Below, piece after piece: positions 1-10,002 of a stretch of DNA of 64,000 nucleotides. How positions within the stretch are numbered: position 1 is the stretch's first letter; each line of letters begins with the position of its first letter. Under the pieces are notes generated by a model. That model was not told the DNA's origin. It saw only the letters and a list, made by a program, of their open reading frames with translations, and did no database searches. Origin of the DNA: Methanothrix sp. (GTDB lineage: Archaea > Halobacteriota > Methanosarcinia > Methanotrichales > Methanotrichaceae); NCBI GenBank assembly GCA_963682135.1, contig OY821645.1, positions 2,688,001-2,752,000 on the forward strand, in the 5' to 3' direction. A program made the position numbers and the translations under genes.

Positions 1-15
1 CCCTGGAGGACAAAC

Positions 16-567
16 TTGGCTAAACCAACTACTGGAAAAGAGAAGCCTAAAAAGGTTGATGAAAAGCCTAAGAAGGCTGCCGTAGATGAAAATCTCAGGT
101 ACATAGTTCGTATTCTAAATACAGACCTTGTCGGAAAGCAGCAGGTTCACATGGCCCTGACGGGCATTAAAGGTGTGGGCCGCAGATGCGCCAAGGTCTT
201 TACCGATAAAGCAGGTGTGGACCCTTATGCCACATTGGGCCTGCTTCCCGATGCCGAGATCGATAAGCTGAAGAAGGTCATCGAGGAGGACGCCACCAAG
301 ATCCTGCCGGTCTGGATGGTCAACCGGCGCGGTGATATCGAAACCGGCACTGATATCCACGTTATGGCCATGGACCTCAATATGACACTGCGTGAAGACC
401 TTGACCTCATGAAGAAGATGAGAAGCTACAAGGGAATCAGGCACGAGAGGGGACTGCGTGTCAGAGGCCAGAGGACCAGATCTTCCGGACGCACGGGCGC
501 CATCGTTGGTGTCAGCCGTAAGAAGGAAGGAGCACCAGCCGCAGCACCAGCTGCAACCAAGGAGTAG
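16..567 (+). CDS. rps13: 30S ribosomal protein uS13
   Basis: ALTGIKGVGRR and SYKGIRHERGLRVRGQRTR motifs; TTG start after GGAGG; first gene of the archaeal S13-S4-S11-RpoD cluster. Confidence 0.97.
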   Translation: MAKPTTGKEKPKKVDEKPKKAAVDENLRYIVRILNTDLVGKQQVHMALTGIKGVGRRCAKVFTDKAGVDPYATLGLLPDAEIDKLKKVIEEDATKILPVWMVNRRGDIETGTDIHVMAMDLNMTLREDLDLMKKMRSYKGIRHERGLRVRGQRTRSSGRTGAIVGVSRKKEGAPAAAPAATKE

Positions 568-577
568 GTGGTAAACA

Positions 578-1114
578 ATGGGATATCCAGGCAAGAGCCG
601 CAAGATGTTCGAACGGCCCCGCACTCCCTGGCAAGCGGAGCGCATCGCAGGGGAAGTAGAGGTCGTCAAGGCCTTTGGACTTAGAAACAAGAGGGAGCTT
701 TGGAAGGCTCAGGCATTTCTTCGCAAGTATCGGCAGATCAGCAGAAAGATGCTCGCAGCCGTCTCCATCGGCCAGGCACCTCCTGAGGCAGGAGCCATTC
801 TCGCTCGCTTAAAGCGGCTGGGGATGCTCAAAGAGGAAGGAGATCTCGACGCTGTACTTTCCATGAAGGTCGCCGATGTCTTGGAGAGGAGACTGCAAAC
901 CCAGGTCTACCGCCAGGGGCTGGCCAATTCCTTGAAGCAGTCCCGGCAGTTCATAGTTCACGGCCATATCCAGGTATCCGGGCGCAGAGTTGACGTTCCG
1001 GGATTTCTGGTAAAGCGGGGCGAGGAAATGAGCATTGATTATTACATGGGTTCCCCAATGGCCAAGGAAGGCCATCCTGAGAGGGCATCCCGAACATCCA
1101 AGGTGGGTGCATAA
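578..1114 (+). CDS. rps4: 30S ribosomal protein uS4
   Basis: [11 protein letters not shown] and [10 protein letters not shown]...[10 protein letters not shown]4 motifs; synteny. Confidence 0.97.
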   Translation: MGYPGKSRKMFERPRTPWQAERIAGEVEVVKAFGLRNKRELWKAQAFLRKYRQISRKMLAAVSIGQAPPEAGAILARLKRLGMLKEEGDLDAVLSMKVADVLERRLQTQVYRQGLANSLKQSRQFIVHGHIQVSGRRVDVPGFLVKRGEEMSIDYYMGSPMAKEGHPERASRTSKVGA

Positions 1115-1116
1115 AA

Positions 1117-1506
1117 ATGGCAGAAGGAAAATGGGGCATCGCCCATATCTACTCGTCCTTTAACAATACGCTCATCACCATTACCGACATAACCGGATCC
1201 GAGACATTGGCGAAGATCTCGGGCGGCATGGTGGTAAAGGCGGCCAGAGACGAGAGTAGTCCCTACACAGCCATGCAGATGGCCATGCAGGTCGCTGATG
1301 CTGTGAAAGACAAGGGGATTGTCGGGGTTCACGTCAAAGTGCGCGCTCCCGGCGGCAACAAGCAGAGGTCTCCGGGCCCTGGAGCTCAGGCAGCCATACG
1401 TGCTCTTGCTCGCGCAGGCCTGCGCATTGGCAGAATCGAGGATGCGACCCCCATACCCCACGACGGCACCAAGCCTGCCGGCGGAAAGAGGGGTCGAAGG
1501 GTGTAA
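1117..1506 (+). CDS. rps11: 30S ribosomal protein uS11
   Basis: [38 protein letters not shown]...GGKRGRRV. Confidence 0.98.
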   Translation: MAEGKWGIAHIYSSFNNTLITITDITGSETLAKISGGMVVKAARDESSPYTAMQMAMQVADAVKDKGIVGVHVKVRAPGGNKQRSPGPGAQAAIRALARAGLRIGRIEDATPIPHDGTKPAGGKRGRRV

Positions 1507-1509
1507 AGT

Positions 1510-2304
1510 TTGAAGTTTGAATTGCTGCAGCTCGAGGAGGACCGCATCCGGTACCTCCTCAGCGGCGTTACAGCCGCATTTGCCAATGGCATTCGCCGCG
1601 CCTGCATGAGTGAAGTGCCTGTGCTGGCCATAGATGAGATTGGTATCTATGACAACACATCCGTGCTCTTCGATGAACAGATTGGACTGCGCTTAGGAGA
1701 GGTGCCCTTGCAGGCTGAGGATCTCAATATCTTCACCCAGCCGGAGGAGTGCCAGTGCGGCGGGACCGGCTGTCCAGGCTGCCGTGTGGAGTTCATGCTC
1801 TCCTCAGAAGGGCCGGGCACAGTCTACTCCAGCGAGATCCAGTTCACCGATCCCGGTGTCAAGCCTGCCTTCGATAAGATCCCCATAGTCATCTTGGGCG
1901 AGGGTGAGAAGCTGGTCATTGAAGGCTATGCCACAAAGCATGTGGGCAAGGAGCACAGCAAGTGGCAGGCCGGGACATTGTGCGGCTACAAGAATTTGCC
2001 CTGCTTAGAGGTGGCAGATTCCTGCGATGGATGTGGGAAGTGCGTTGAGGCCTGCCCCAGAAACATCCTGACGGTGGAAGCCGGCAGAGCGAAAGCTTCA
2101 AATATACTGGAATGCTCCCTGTGCAAGCTCTGTGTTGAGGCGTGCGAGCCGGGGGCCATTAAGCTCTCGCCCATTATGGACTCATTCGTGGTCTCCATTG
2201 AAAGCAGCGGCACTTTGCCCGTCAAGGATCTGGTGGCAAGAGCGGCTGAGGAGATCAAGAAGAGGGCAGAGGACTTAGACGCAAAGCTGGCAGAGCTAGC
2301 TTAA
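1510..2304 (+). CDS. rpoD: DNA-directed RNA polymerase subunit D (Rpo3) with a 2x[4Fe-4S] ferredoxin-like domain
   Basis: FANGIRR, NTSVLFDE, GKEHSKWQ; two CxxCxxCxxxC motifs (CDGCGKCVEAC, CSLCKLCVEAC). Confidence 0.95.
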   Translation: MKFELLQLEEDRIRYLLSGVTAAFANGIRRACMSEVPVLAIDEIGIYDNTSVLFDEQIGLRLGEVPLQAEDLNIFTQPEECQCGGTGCPGCRVEFMLSSEGPGTVYSSEIQFTDPGVKPAFDKIPIVILGEGEKLVIEGYATKHVGKEHSKWQAGTLCGYKNLPCLEVADSCDGCGKCVEACPRNILTVEAGRAKASNILECSLCKLCVEACEPGAIKLSPIMDSFVVSIESSGTLPVKDLVARAAEEIKKRAEDLDAKLAELA

Positions 2305-2354
2305 AATCATAAGGATCGGCTCGGCAGAAGGCCGATTCTCCAAACCCATTTCGA

Positions 2355-2439
2355 GCGGGGGTTTCCAAGCCAGGTCAAAGGAGCAGGGTTGAGGGCCCTG
2401 TCGCGCAGGCGTTCGCGGGTTCGAATCCCGTCTCCCGCA
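2355..2439 (+). tRNA. tRNA-Leu(GAG)
   Basis: Cloverleaf: acceptor GCGGGGG/TCTCCCGC-A, anticodon arm CAGGG-TTGAGGG-CCCTG, long variable arm, T-loop GGTTCGAATCC; usual position after rpoD. Confidence 0.95.
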
Positions 2440-2780
2440 TAAAACCTTTTTTCTGATATCCATTTTCAGTGAGTCATCTTCAAGGCTCTCTGCCATAGGT
2501 GACTGGGTTGTGCTATTGTCTCCTGCTTCAGGAGATAAAAATGAGTATGAGGCAAGAAAGTTAATTGTTAATTCAGGCAATTTAGTCCTTTTAACGGGCA
2601 CAGATAATGCTACCCAACTGAGTGATATATATTTAAATGTTGAGAATTATAATCATGAAGCAAAGAGGACAAGAGATGCTAGTGAACGCTCTAATTCGCT
2701 AGCAGAACCTTATGGAGATATCTCAATATACCTTCGCATCTATTCGGGTCACTTGATTGGAAATAGGGGAGATAGAAAGC

Positions 2781-3104
2781 ATGACAGATGTTAGTACGCC
2801 TAAGGTAGAATGCCTCAGAGACCTTATTAACTACCAGGACGGCTCCGTCGTGAGCCGAGAGATAATCCGCAAGAGCACAGGAACCATTACACTCTTCGCC
2901 TTTGACAGGGATCAAGGACTGAGCGAACATACTGCTCCATTCGACGCTTTTGTCCAAATCCTAGATGGTGAAGCCGAGATAACAATATCAGGAAAAGCCT
3001 ACCATTTGGAGACAGGTCAGATGATAATCTTGCCAGTTAATGAGACTCATGCTGTAAAAGCGTTAAGCAAATTCAAAATGCTACTGGTTATGATTAGGTC
3101 TTAG
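2781..3104 (+). CDS. cupin domain protein
   Basis: LFAFDRDQGLSEHTAPFDA and ILPVNETHAVKA cupin motifs; ATG 2781 preferred over the upstream TTG. Confidence 0.85.
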   Translation: MTDVSTPKVECLRDLINYQDGSVVSREIIRKSTGTITLFAFDRDQGLSEHTAPFDAFVQILDGEAEITISGKAYHLETGQMIILPVNETHAVKALSKFKMLLVMIRS

Positions 3105-3192
3105 ATAATCGCCCCATATGACGGATGATTCCTTCATATCTCCTTTTTCGCCTCATTGCGAAGGATCTTGTGAACTTTCAAACCAATGCTTG

Positions 3193-4248
3193 TCAATTCC
3201 GAGCGAGTGTGCCTTGCTGTAGATTTGAGACTCTCACGCCAATCAACCTGATTTTCTTGCTTCTTCTCAGCAGAGGCGCAATTAACCGCTTGACATTGTT
3301 CTTAAGGATATCCAGATCATTTGTGGGAAACATCAAGGATTTGGAGCGAGTATGCGTGTCAAAGTGCTGATATCTGATCCTGACAGTGATTGTCTTGAAC
3401 TTGAAAACATTTGCAATCACATCTTCATATACTTCTTCCGCCAAACCATCCAGGACTCGAAGTATTTGCCCTTCATCATCTTCGTCCTTTTCAAAGGTGG
3501 TGTCCCTGCCGATTGATTTGGTTTCATACTCTTCGATTACCTCACGGTTATCAATGCCGTTGGCAAACTCGTGCAATCTGGCTCCCCATGCCCCGAAGAG
3601 TCTGGTCAGGATCTCAGGTTTGACGGCAGCAAGATCCTTAACAGTCTCGATTTTAAGATCCAACAATGCCTGTTCTGTTTTGGCACCCACACCAGGGATC
3701 TTCCTGACATCCAGCGGGAATAGAAAGTCCTTGACGTCTTCCGGCTTGACCACAGTTATACCATAAGGCTTCCTGAAGTCAGATGCTATTTTGGCAATCA
3801 TCTTGTTAGGAGCGACACCAATCGAACAGGTTAATTGGATCTTCTCCAGGACTTCTTCCATTAGGTGCTTTGCGAATTGCGCAGCCTCATCGAAGTCTTT
3901 CACGCGGTTCGATATGTCAATATAGGCTTCGTCTATGCCTCCCTGCTCAAATCGGTCCGCCTGGCTCCTAAGAATTCCCATTGTGCTATTCGATGCTGGA
4001 ATATAGAGGTCGAAATGCGGTCGAATGTATACGCCATCAGGGCATAACTTCCAGGCGCGAGATATTGGCGTGGCGGACTTAATGCCAAACTTCCTGGCTT
4101 CATAAGAGGCACTGCTAACCACACCTCGCCCTTTGCCTTCCTTTGGATCAGCTCCGACTATCACGGGCTTGCCCTTTAATTCCGGGTGCTCTCGAACTTC
4201 TACAGAAGGAAAGAAGGCATCCAGATCGACATGCAAAATTATTCGCAT
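3193..4248 (-). CDS. dinB: DNA polymerase IV (Y family)
   Basis: HVDLDAFF, SSASYEARKFG, IDEAYID, KIASDFRKP; little-finger domain ending IRLIGV. Confidence 0.95.
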   Translation of the reverse strand: MRIILHVDLDAFFPSVEVREHPELKGKPVIVGADPKEGKGRGVVSSASYEARKFGIKSATPISRAWKLCPDGVYIRPHFDLYIPASNSTMGILRSQADRFEQGGIDEAYIDISNRVKDFDEAAQFAKHLMEEVLEKIQLTCSIGVAPNKMIAKIASDFRKPYGITVVKPEDVKDFLFPLDVRKIPGVGAKTEQALLDLKIETVKDLAAVKPEILTRLFGAWGARLHEFANGIDNREVIEEYETKSIGRDTTFEKDEDDEGQILRVLDGLAEEVYEDVIANVFKFKTITVRIRYQHFDTHTRSKSLMFPTNDLDILKNNVKRLIAPLLRRSKKIRLIGVRVSNLQQGTLARN

Positions 4249-4305
4249 TCCAGTTCTCTACATAACTCCTGCTTTCTCTGCGTATTCTACCGGCTCAATA
4301 TTTAA

Positions 4306-5454
4306 TCACCTCCCAAAGTAGGCAGCAACCTTCTTTAGATGCTCTCGGATGGGGATGCCCTGGGGACACTTCTCTTCGCAATCCCCACACTCCTGACATT
4401 GGGATGCAAATCCAGGGCTACCGAACATGCCTCCCAGGAAGCCATAATTGTAGCGGGCAGCATCCGGGGCATCGAACATACAACCCTGGTTATACATTTC
4501 AAAGCATTCTGGAATGCTAACATTTGATGAACATGGCATGCAGTATCTACAACCTGTGCAAGGTATTTCGATGCGCTTCTTGTACTCGGCTTCAGCGTCC
4601 TTAAATAGGTCTAGTTCTTTTTGCGATAACGAGTTTGGAAGACCATCTTTTGCATAGGCAACGTTCTGCTGAACCTGTTCAAATGAAGACATGCCAGATA
4701 GAACGACGGTCGCTTCAGGATGATTCCAAACCCAGCGTAATGCCCATTCTGAAAGGCTTCTTTGGACGGGAGCTTTTTCCCATATTTTGTTGATGGAAGG
4801 AATATCTTTGGTAAGCATACCGCCCCGTAGAGGCTCCATGATCACAATTCCAAGCCCACGATCTGCCGCATACTTGAGTCCTTCTGTGCCAGCTTGATTC
4901 TGCTCGTCCATGAAGTTGTATTGGATTTGACAGAACGTCCAGTCGTGAGCGTCTACAATATCCTTGAACATGGTTAATTCATCATGAAAGGAGAAACCTG
5001 CGTACTTGATTTTACCATCGGCAATGGCATCATTCAGAAAGTCGGTAACACCCAATGAATGAAGGTTCTCCCAAAAAGGCTTCATGAGTCCATGAACCAA
5101 GTAAAAATCGATATAATCGGTCTGTAGCCGCTTTAGCTGCTCATCCAGGTAATGATCCATATCTGCGCGCGATTTGATGAGCCAGCTAGGAAGCTTGGTA
5201 GCCAGTTTAACCTTCTCACGATATCCACCCTTCAGAGCGCGACCTACAAACGGCTCGCTCTCCCCATTGTGATAAGGATAGGCGGTGTCAACATAATTCA
5301 CCCCGTGATCGATAGCATATCTGAGCATGTTGGTAGCCTGTTTTTCGTCAATCTTGCCATCTTTTTTAGTGGGCAGGCGCATGCATCCGAAACCAAGGAT
5401 GGAGAGATCTGACTCCACATTATTCATTTTTCTATAGAGCATAGTCTCATCCAA
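4306..5454 (-). CDS. aldo/keto reductase with C-terminal 4Fe-4S dicluster domain
   Basis: LGFGCMRLP, DTAYPYH, ATKLP; CTGCRYCMPC and CQECGDCEEKCPQ. Confidence 0.92.
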   Translation of the reverse strand: MDETMLYRKMNNVESDLSILGFGCMRLPTKKDGKIDEKQATNMLRYAIDHGVNYVDTAYPYHNGESEPFVGRALKGGYREKVKLATKLPSWLIKSRADMDHYLDEQLKRLQTDYIDFYLVHGLMKPFWENLHSLGVTDFLNDAIADGKIKYAGFSFHDELTMFKDIVDAHDWTFCQIQYNFMDEQNQAGTEGLKYAADRGLGIVIMEPLRGGMLTKDIPSINKIWEKAPVQRSLSEWALRWVWNHPEATVVLSGMSSFEQVQQNVAYAKDGLPNSLSQKELDLFKDAEAEYKKRIEIPCTGCRYCMPCSSNVSIPECFEMYNQGCMFDAPDAARYNYGFLGGMFGSPGFASQCQECGDCEEKCPQGIPIREHLKKVAAYFGR

Positions 5455-5786
5455 GTGTTTCCTTACTCCTTATACATTTCCGATCCTCCTAAATGTGAAT
5501 CTGCCAGAACTTAGCTTCTAGATTTCACCAGCATCCAAATTTCATTAACATGCAATCGAATCAAAATCAGGATTATTTAAGAGTTTTAGATCTAAAAAAG
5601 CAAACCCTGTCACTAAGAAAAGGTGATATGGGGTTTATAACTTTATAAATTAATTATAATGTTACAGATTACTAATCATCGTGGAGCGAGAACCGGTAAT
5701 GAATGCAAAAGAAGATAAAAATCAAGGAATCCTGGCACAGGCCAGGATCTGGAAAGCAAGCTCCAATTCCATAGCATTTCTTCAGT

Positions 5787-8339
5787 CTATTCTTTTACCT
5801 CCAGTACAACTTTTCTAATGGTTCCCGAGAATGTGAACGGGCTCTTGTAGCTCTCTGTCACAGGCGTTAGACGATCTGTGCCAATCTCAAGTCCCTCCTC
5901 CCAGGAATAGATGTTGGGCACTGTTGGGGCGAGCGTGTCTTTGCCCACTTCCTTGCCGTTTATGTAGAGGGTTGCAATCCCGGTGGCTCCTGTATTATTG
6001 AGGAAATCAGCTTTTGCTGTTCTATCAAAGCGCAAGCCTAGAGTTGAATTGCCCGTGGGAACCTCTGCATCGGAGACAATGGTTGTGTGCTTAAGCCCCA
6101 GGTAATTGTAGTCAAAGACGAGCGTCTTGTTCTGAACATAAAGTGACAGTCCATTAAATCTTCCTCCAATGGAGAGGAGCACTCCCTCAGCTCCCTCCTC
6201 CGGAATATCGACATCTGCGTCGATAGTGTAGGAGCTGAATTTGGTGTCGGGAATTCCGGGCTCCAGGATGGGGGCCATACCAGGATAGTATGTGAACTTG
6301 CCCTTTATGCCATGTTCCATCAACATATGCATTCGATCATCAAGCGGCAGTACATTGTACTTTCCTGCCTCAGCCCACCAGCGTTCCACCATCTCCAAGA
6401 CTTTGTCGGGATTTTCCTGTGCTAAATTATGAGATTCGGAAACATCCTGGGTGAGATTGTATAGCTCCCAGACATCTTCGTTGAAATTTCCTCCGGAACC
6501 GCGCGGATGAGCGGTTACGGCCTTCCAGCCATCATACCAGATTCCCCGGCTTCCCAGCATTGAGAAGTACTGCACATTCTTTTGATTTGGTGCATCGGGC
6601 TGGTCGAAAGTATAGGCCATACTAACGCCTTCTATCGGTTTTTGGGGTATGCCGTTATATACCTCGGGCGCCGTTATGCCGACTACTTCCAGAACCGTTG
6701 GAACGATATCAATGGCGTGCGTGAACTGGGTTCGAACTCCTCCCTGATCTTTGATCTCTGCCGGGTAATAGACGATCAATGGATCATGGACGCCTCCTTC
6801 GTGGGTCCACTGCTTGTAGAGCTTGAATGGCGTGTTGCCGGCCATGGCCCATCCTCTGGGATAGTGAGAGAAGGTCATCGGCCCGCCCAGTTCATCTATC
6901 TTATTGAGCAGGAAACTGACGTTCTCTTCAGGCATGTTATTGAACGTCATATACTCACTAAATGAGCCGTTCGTACCGCCTTCCATGCTGGCGCCATTAT
7001 CTGAGACCAGTATGATCATGGTGTTGTTGATCTGATCCGTCTCTTCGAGATAATCGATCAGCCGGCCGATCTGGTAATCGGTATGATCCAGGAAACCTGC
7101 ATAAATCTCCATCATGCGAGCAAAAAGCTTCTTCTCGTCCGCTGATAGGCTATCCCATGCCTTTACATCGTCATTGCGGGGCGGAAGCTCTGTGTTTGCC
7201 GGCACGATGCCCATAGCCTTCTGCCGGGCAAGGGTTTCGTTCCTGACAGCATCCCAGCCCTGGTCGAACTTGCCTTTGTACTTGTCAATGTACTCTCGGG
7301 GAGCCTGGTGGGGAGAGTGGCAGGCACCGAAAGCCAGGTACATCAGGTAAGGCTTGCCCGGCTCTGCCGATTGCTGATCATTCACGTATTTTATGGCCTG
7401 GTCCACCAGATCTTTTGATAGGTGATAGCCCTCCTCGGGAGTGGCTGGCGGTTCTATCTGACGGGTATCATCGATAAGAGTAGGATACCATTGGTTGCTT
7501 TGGGCTTGCAGGAATCCATAGAAGTGATCGAATCCCCGGCCGGTAGGCCAGTTGTCGTATGGACCCTGTGCGTTGATATCTTTAGTCGAGACGAGGTGCC
7601 ATTTGCCCAGGGCAAAGGTATTGTAGCCTACTGCCTGAAGCATCTCGGCCAGTGTTGCCGTATTTTTGGAGAGGTTTCCGTTGTATCCGGGATAGCCTAC
7701 TGCCATATCCGTAAGCGCACCTATGCCTGCCGAATGATGATTTCTGCCTGTCATAAAGCAAGCTCTGGAGGGAGAGCACAGGGCGGTTGTATGGAAATTG
7801 CTGTAGCGCAGGCCTCCTTCAGCCAGACGATTGATATTTGGCGTCTCAATGGGACCGCCAAAGCTGCCAATATGACCAAATCCCACATCGTCAAGCACAA
7901 TGTAGACGACATTGGGTGCCCCTTTTGGCGGCTGGATCTTCTCGGGCCAGCATTCTGTGGAGTCTTTGTAGGTCAGGCCGATCTTCTGGTTATCGCAGTT
8001 TGAGCTATTCTGCACAGAAGCGGTGGCACTTGATTTGCCATTTGCCGCCTGTATGACCAGAACGGTATTCTGGGGTGCGGCAACGTCCTCGTTGACAATA
8101 TCATCAAGCGTTGAGTTCTCTGTCAATACCTTTCTTCTGTTCGTAACCATTTCCAGTGAAGACTTATCAAGCGAGCTGGCGGCGGATCGGCTCCGATCGT
8201 CGGCGGCCAGAGTCTGGCTGACCGACTGGCTGTCCGAATCTCCAAGATGGTCTGATACGTCCGCAGAATCGCTATTGGTTGCGGCGAAGCTGCCCGAAGT
8301 AATTTGGGCGAATAAAAAAACCAAAAATACTATTATCAC
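5787..8339 (-). CDS. secreted Cys-type arylsulfatase with C-terminal beta-sandwich extension; true start possibly ATC at 8357
   Basis: PNVVYIVLDD, formylglycine motif CSPSRACFMTG, GKWHL, SDNG; hydrophobic N-terminus. Confidence 0.93.
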   Translation of the reverse strand: MIIVFLVFLFAQITSGSFAATNSDSADVSDHLGDSDSQSVSQTLAADDRSRSAASSLDKSSLEMVTNRRKVLTENSTLDDIVNEDVAAPQNTVLVIQAANGKSSATASVQNSSNCDNQKIGLTYKDSTECWPEKIQPPKGAPNVVYIVLDDVGFGHIGSFGGPIETPNINRLAEGGLRYSNFHTTALCSPSRACFMTGRNHHSAGIGALTDMAVGYPGYNGNLSKNTATLAEMLQAVGYNTFALGKWHLVSTKDINAQGPYDNWPTGRGFDHFYGFLQAQSNQWYPTLIDDTRQIEPPATPEEGYHLSKDLVDQAIKYVNDQQSAEPGKPYLMYLAFGACHSPHQAPREYIDKYKGKFDQGWDAVRNETLARQKAMGIVPANTELPPRNDDVKAWDSLSADEKKLFARMMEIYAGFLDHTDYQIGRLIDYLEETDQINNTMIILVSDNGASMEGGTNGSFSEYMTFNNMPEENVSFLLNKIDELGGPMTFSHYPRGWAMAGNTPFKLYKQWTHEGGVHDPLIVYYPAEIKDQGGVRTQFTHAIDIVPTVLEVVGITAPEVYNGIPQKPIEGVSMAYTFDQPDAPNQKNVQYFSMLGSRGIWYDGWKAVTAHPRGSGGNFNEDVWELYNLTQDVSESHNLAQENPDKVLEMVERWWAEAGKYNVLPLDDRMHMLMEHGIKGKFTYYPGMAPILEPGIPDTKFSSYTIDADVDIPEEGAEGVLLSIGGRFNGLSLYVQNKTLVFDYNYLGLKHTTIVSDAEVPTGNSTLGLRFDRTAKADFLNNTGATGIATLYINGKEVGKDTLAPTVPNIYSWEEGLEIGTDRLTPVTESYKSPFTFSGTIRKVVLEVKE

Positions 8340-8571
8340 AGTTGCTCTTTTTAAGATATGAATACCTCCTCCAACCTATTACTATCATTATTCTATATTA
8401 ATCTTGCTCATTGATATAAAAACAGGGTTGAATGTAGTGTAATCGATATCTGGTCAATACCTTCGTTCTCATCCGCATAAATGGCAAAATCAATAAACAA
8501 AATTTTATAATAATAACGGATCGAATAGAAAAAAACATGGTCAATCTTGACAGGCTGCCCAACCTTCCATT

Positions 8572-9858
8572 TTATCCGGCCTTGCCATGGCACTTTTTGT
8601 ACTTCAGTCCGCTGCCGCATGGACAGGGATCGTTTCTGTCCGGTTTGGCGACCATATGCGATATCTGACCATTTTTCATATAGTTCATAATATTAGCAGG
8701 CGCCCGGCCCTGGCGAAGTTCATAGGCCATAAACCGCATAGCTCCGTCGATGTGTCTGAAGAAAATCCTGTAGCCCGCACACAGATAATTGAGACCGGTT
8801 TCACCTTCAGGCGTTTTGATGAACCGGTTCTTCGGGCATTCACCGTTGCAGACGAAGCAAACCTCGCATTGCCGGCAGTATGCTGGAAGGGTATCGAACT
8901 TGTCCCGGCCAAACTTGCGCTGCTTTTGCGAGCCGGCCAGCCGGGCCATATCCTTCTCGTTGATATTGCCCAGCAGGTGCCTGGGCTCCACAAAGTGATC
9001 GCATGAGTACATATCGCCATTGTGCTCCATGGCCATGGCGGTTCCGCAGGTCGGCGAGAAAGCGCAGATGCCAGTGGGTACGCCGGACCAGGCAGCCAGA
9101 GCCACATCGAAGATCTGCACAAAGGTCTTGCCCACGTCTCTACGCACCCATTCGTCGAATATGGTGATCAAGAAACGGCCATACTGCTCGGCCTTGACTG
9201 AACGATCTGTGACGGTGTCGCCCTCTTGAAAGCCGGTATCATTATCTCTCTCCACTATGGGTATGAACTGGATGAAACTGGTCTTGACCTCATCTCTGAG
9301 AAAACGGTAAACCTCCAAGGGATAATCGGCATTGGCGGCATGAACCGTGGTCAGGATATTGTATTCTACCTTGTGCTTTCGTAGTAGCCGGGCAGCTTTC
9401 ATCACCCGATCAAAGGTCGGTTTGCCGGCTTTATCCACCCGGTAGGCGTCATGAAGATCTCTCGGCCCGTCCAGGCTCAGGCCGATGAGGAAGTTGTTCT
9501 CATGGAAGAATTCGCACCATTCGTCATCAAGAAGGATGCCGTTGGTCTGCATGGTGTTCTGGATCAGCATTTTGGGGCGCCTGTACTTCTGCTCATATTG
9601 GATTGATCTCCGGAAAAAGTCCAGCCCCATGAGCGTCGGCTCGCCACCCTGCCAGGCAATGGTCGCCTGCGCAATCTTCTGGGCTTCAAGGTATTGGCGG
9701 ATGTAGGTCTCCAGAAGCTCATCCGACATTCTGAAACTGCTGCCCGGATAGAGATTTTTCTTGGATAGAAAGAAGCAGTACTTGCAGCCCAAATTGCACA
9801 GTGCGCCTGTGGGCTTGGCCAGAAGATGAAAAGCGGGAAGTGAGTGCGCCTTGCTCAT
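8572..9858 (-). CDS. anaerobic sulfatase-maturating enzyme (radical SAM/SPASM) with C-terminal SEC-C motif
   Basis: CNLGCKYC, WQGGEPTL, GDMYSCDHFV, CRQCEVCFVCNGEC, RNDPCPCGSGLKYKKC; lies between two sulfatases. Confidence 0.94.
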   Translation of the reverse strand: MSKAHSLPAFHLLAKPTGALCNLGCKYCFFLSKKNLYPGSSFRMSDELLETYIRQYLEAQKIAQATIAWQGGEPTLMGLDFFRRSIQYEQKYRRPKMLIQNTMQTNGILLDDEWCEFFHENNFLIGLSLDGPRDLHDAYRVDKAGKPTFDRVMKAARLLRKHKVEYNILTTVHAANADYPLEVYRFLRDEVKTSFIQFIPIVERDNDTGFQEGDTVTDRSVKAEQYGRFLITIFDEWVRRDVGKTFVQIFDVALAAWSGVPTGICAFSPTCGTAMAMEHNGDMYSCDHFVEPRHLLGNINEKDMARLAGSQKQRKFGRDKFDTLPAYCRQCEVCFVCNGECPKNRFIKTPEGETGLNYLCAGYRIFFRHIDGAMRFMAYELRQGRAPANIMNYMKNGQISHMVAKPDRNDPCPCGSGLKYKKCHGKAG

Positions 9859-10002
9859 TGATGGCTATTATCCATTAGTTGTTCTTTAATCTTTTTATCT
9901 TGCCGGCCCCTATCCAGGCTTGGATATGAATCGATAGGAATCATCTCTTGTGAAAATTAATCTGCTGCAAAAAAATAAAAATAGAAGACGTTGTCGTTTA
10001 AA

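Noticed and set aside
2020-2150. Ferredoxin-like domain in RpoD as a novelty
   Set aside because: Already described for methanogen RNA polymerase subunit D.
2296-2601. 101-aa minus-strand ORF
   Set aside because: Antisense to tRNA-Leu(GAG); CGRRDSNPRTP is a typical tRNA shadow translation.
5584-5597. Palindrome TTTTAGATCTAAAA and a similar near-palindrome around 11834
   Set aside because: Short AT-rich palindromes are expected by chance in these spacers; no further support.
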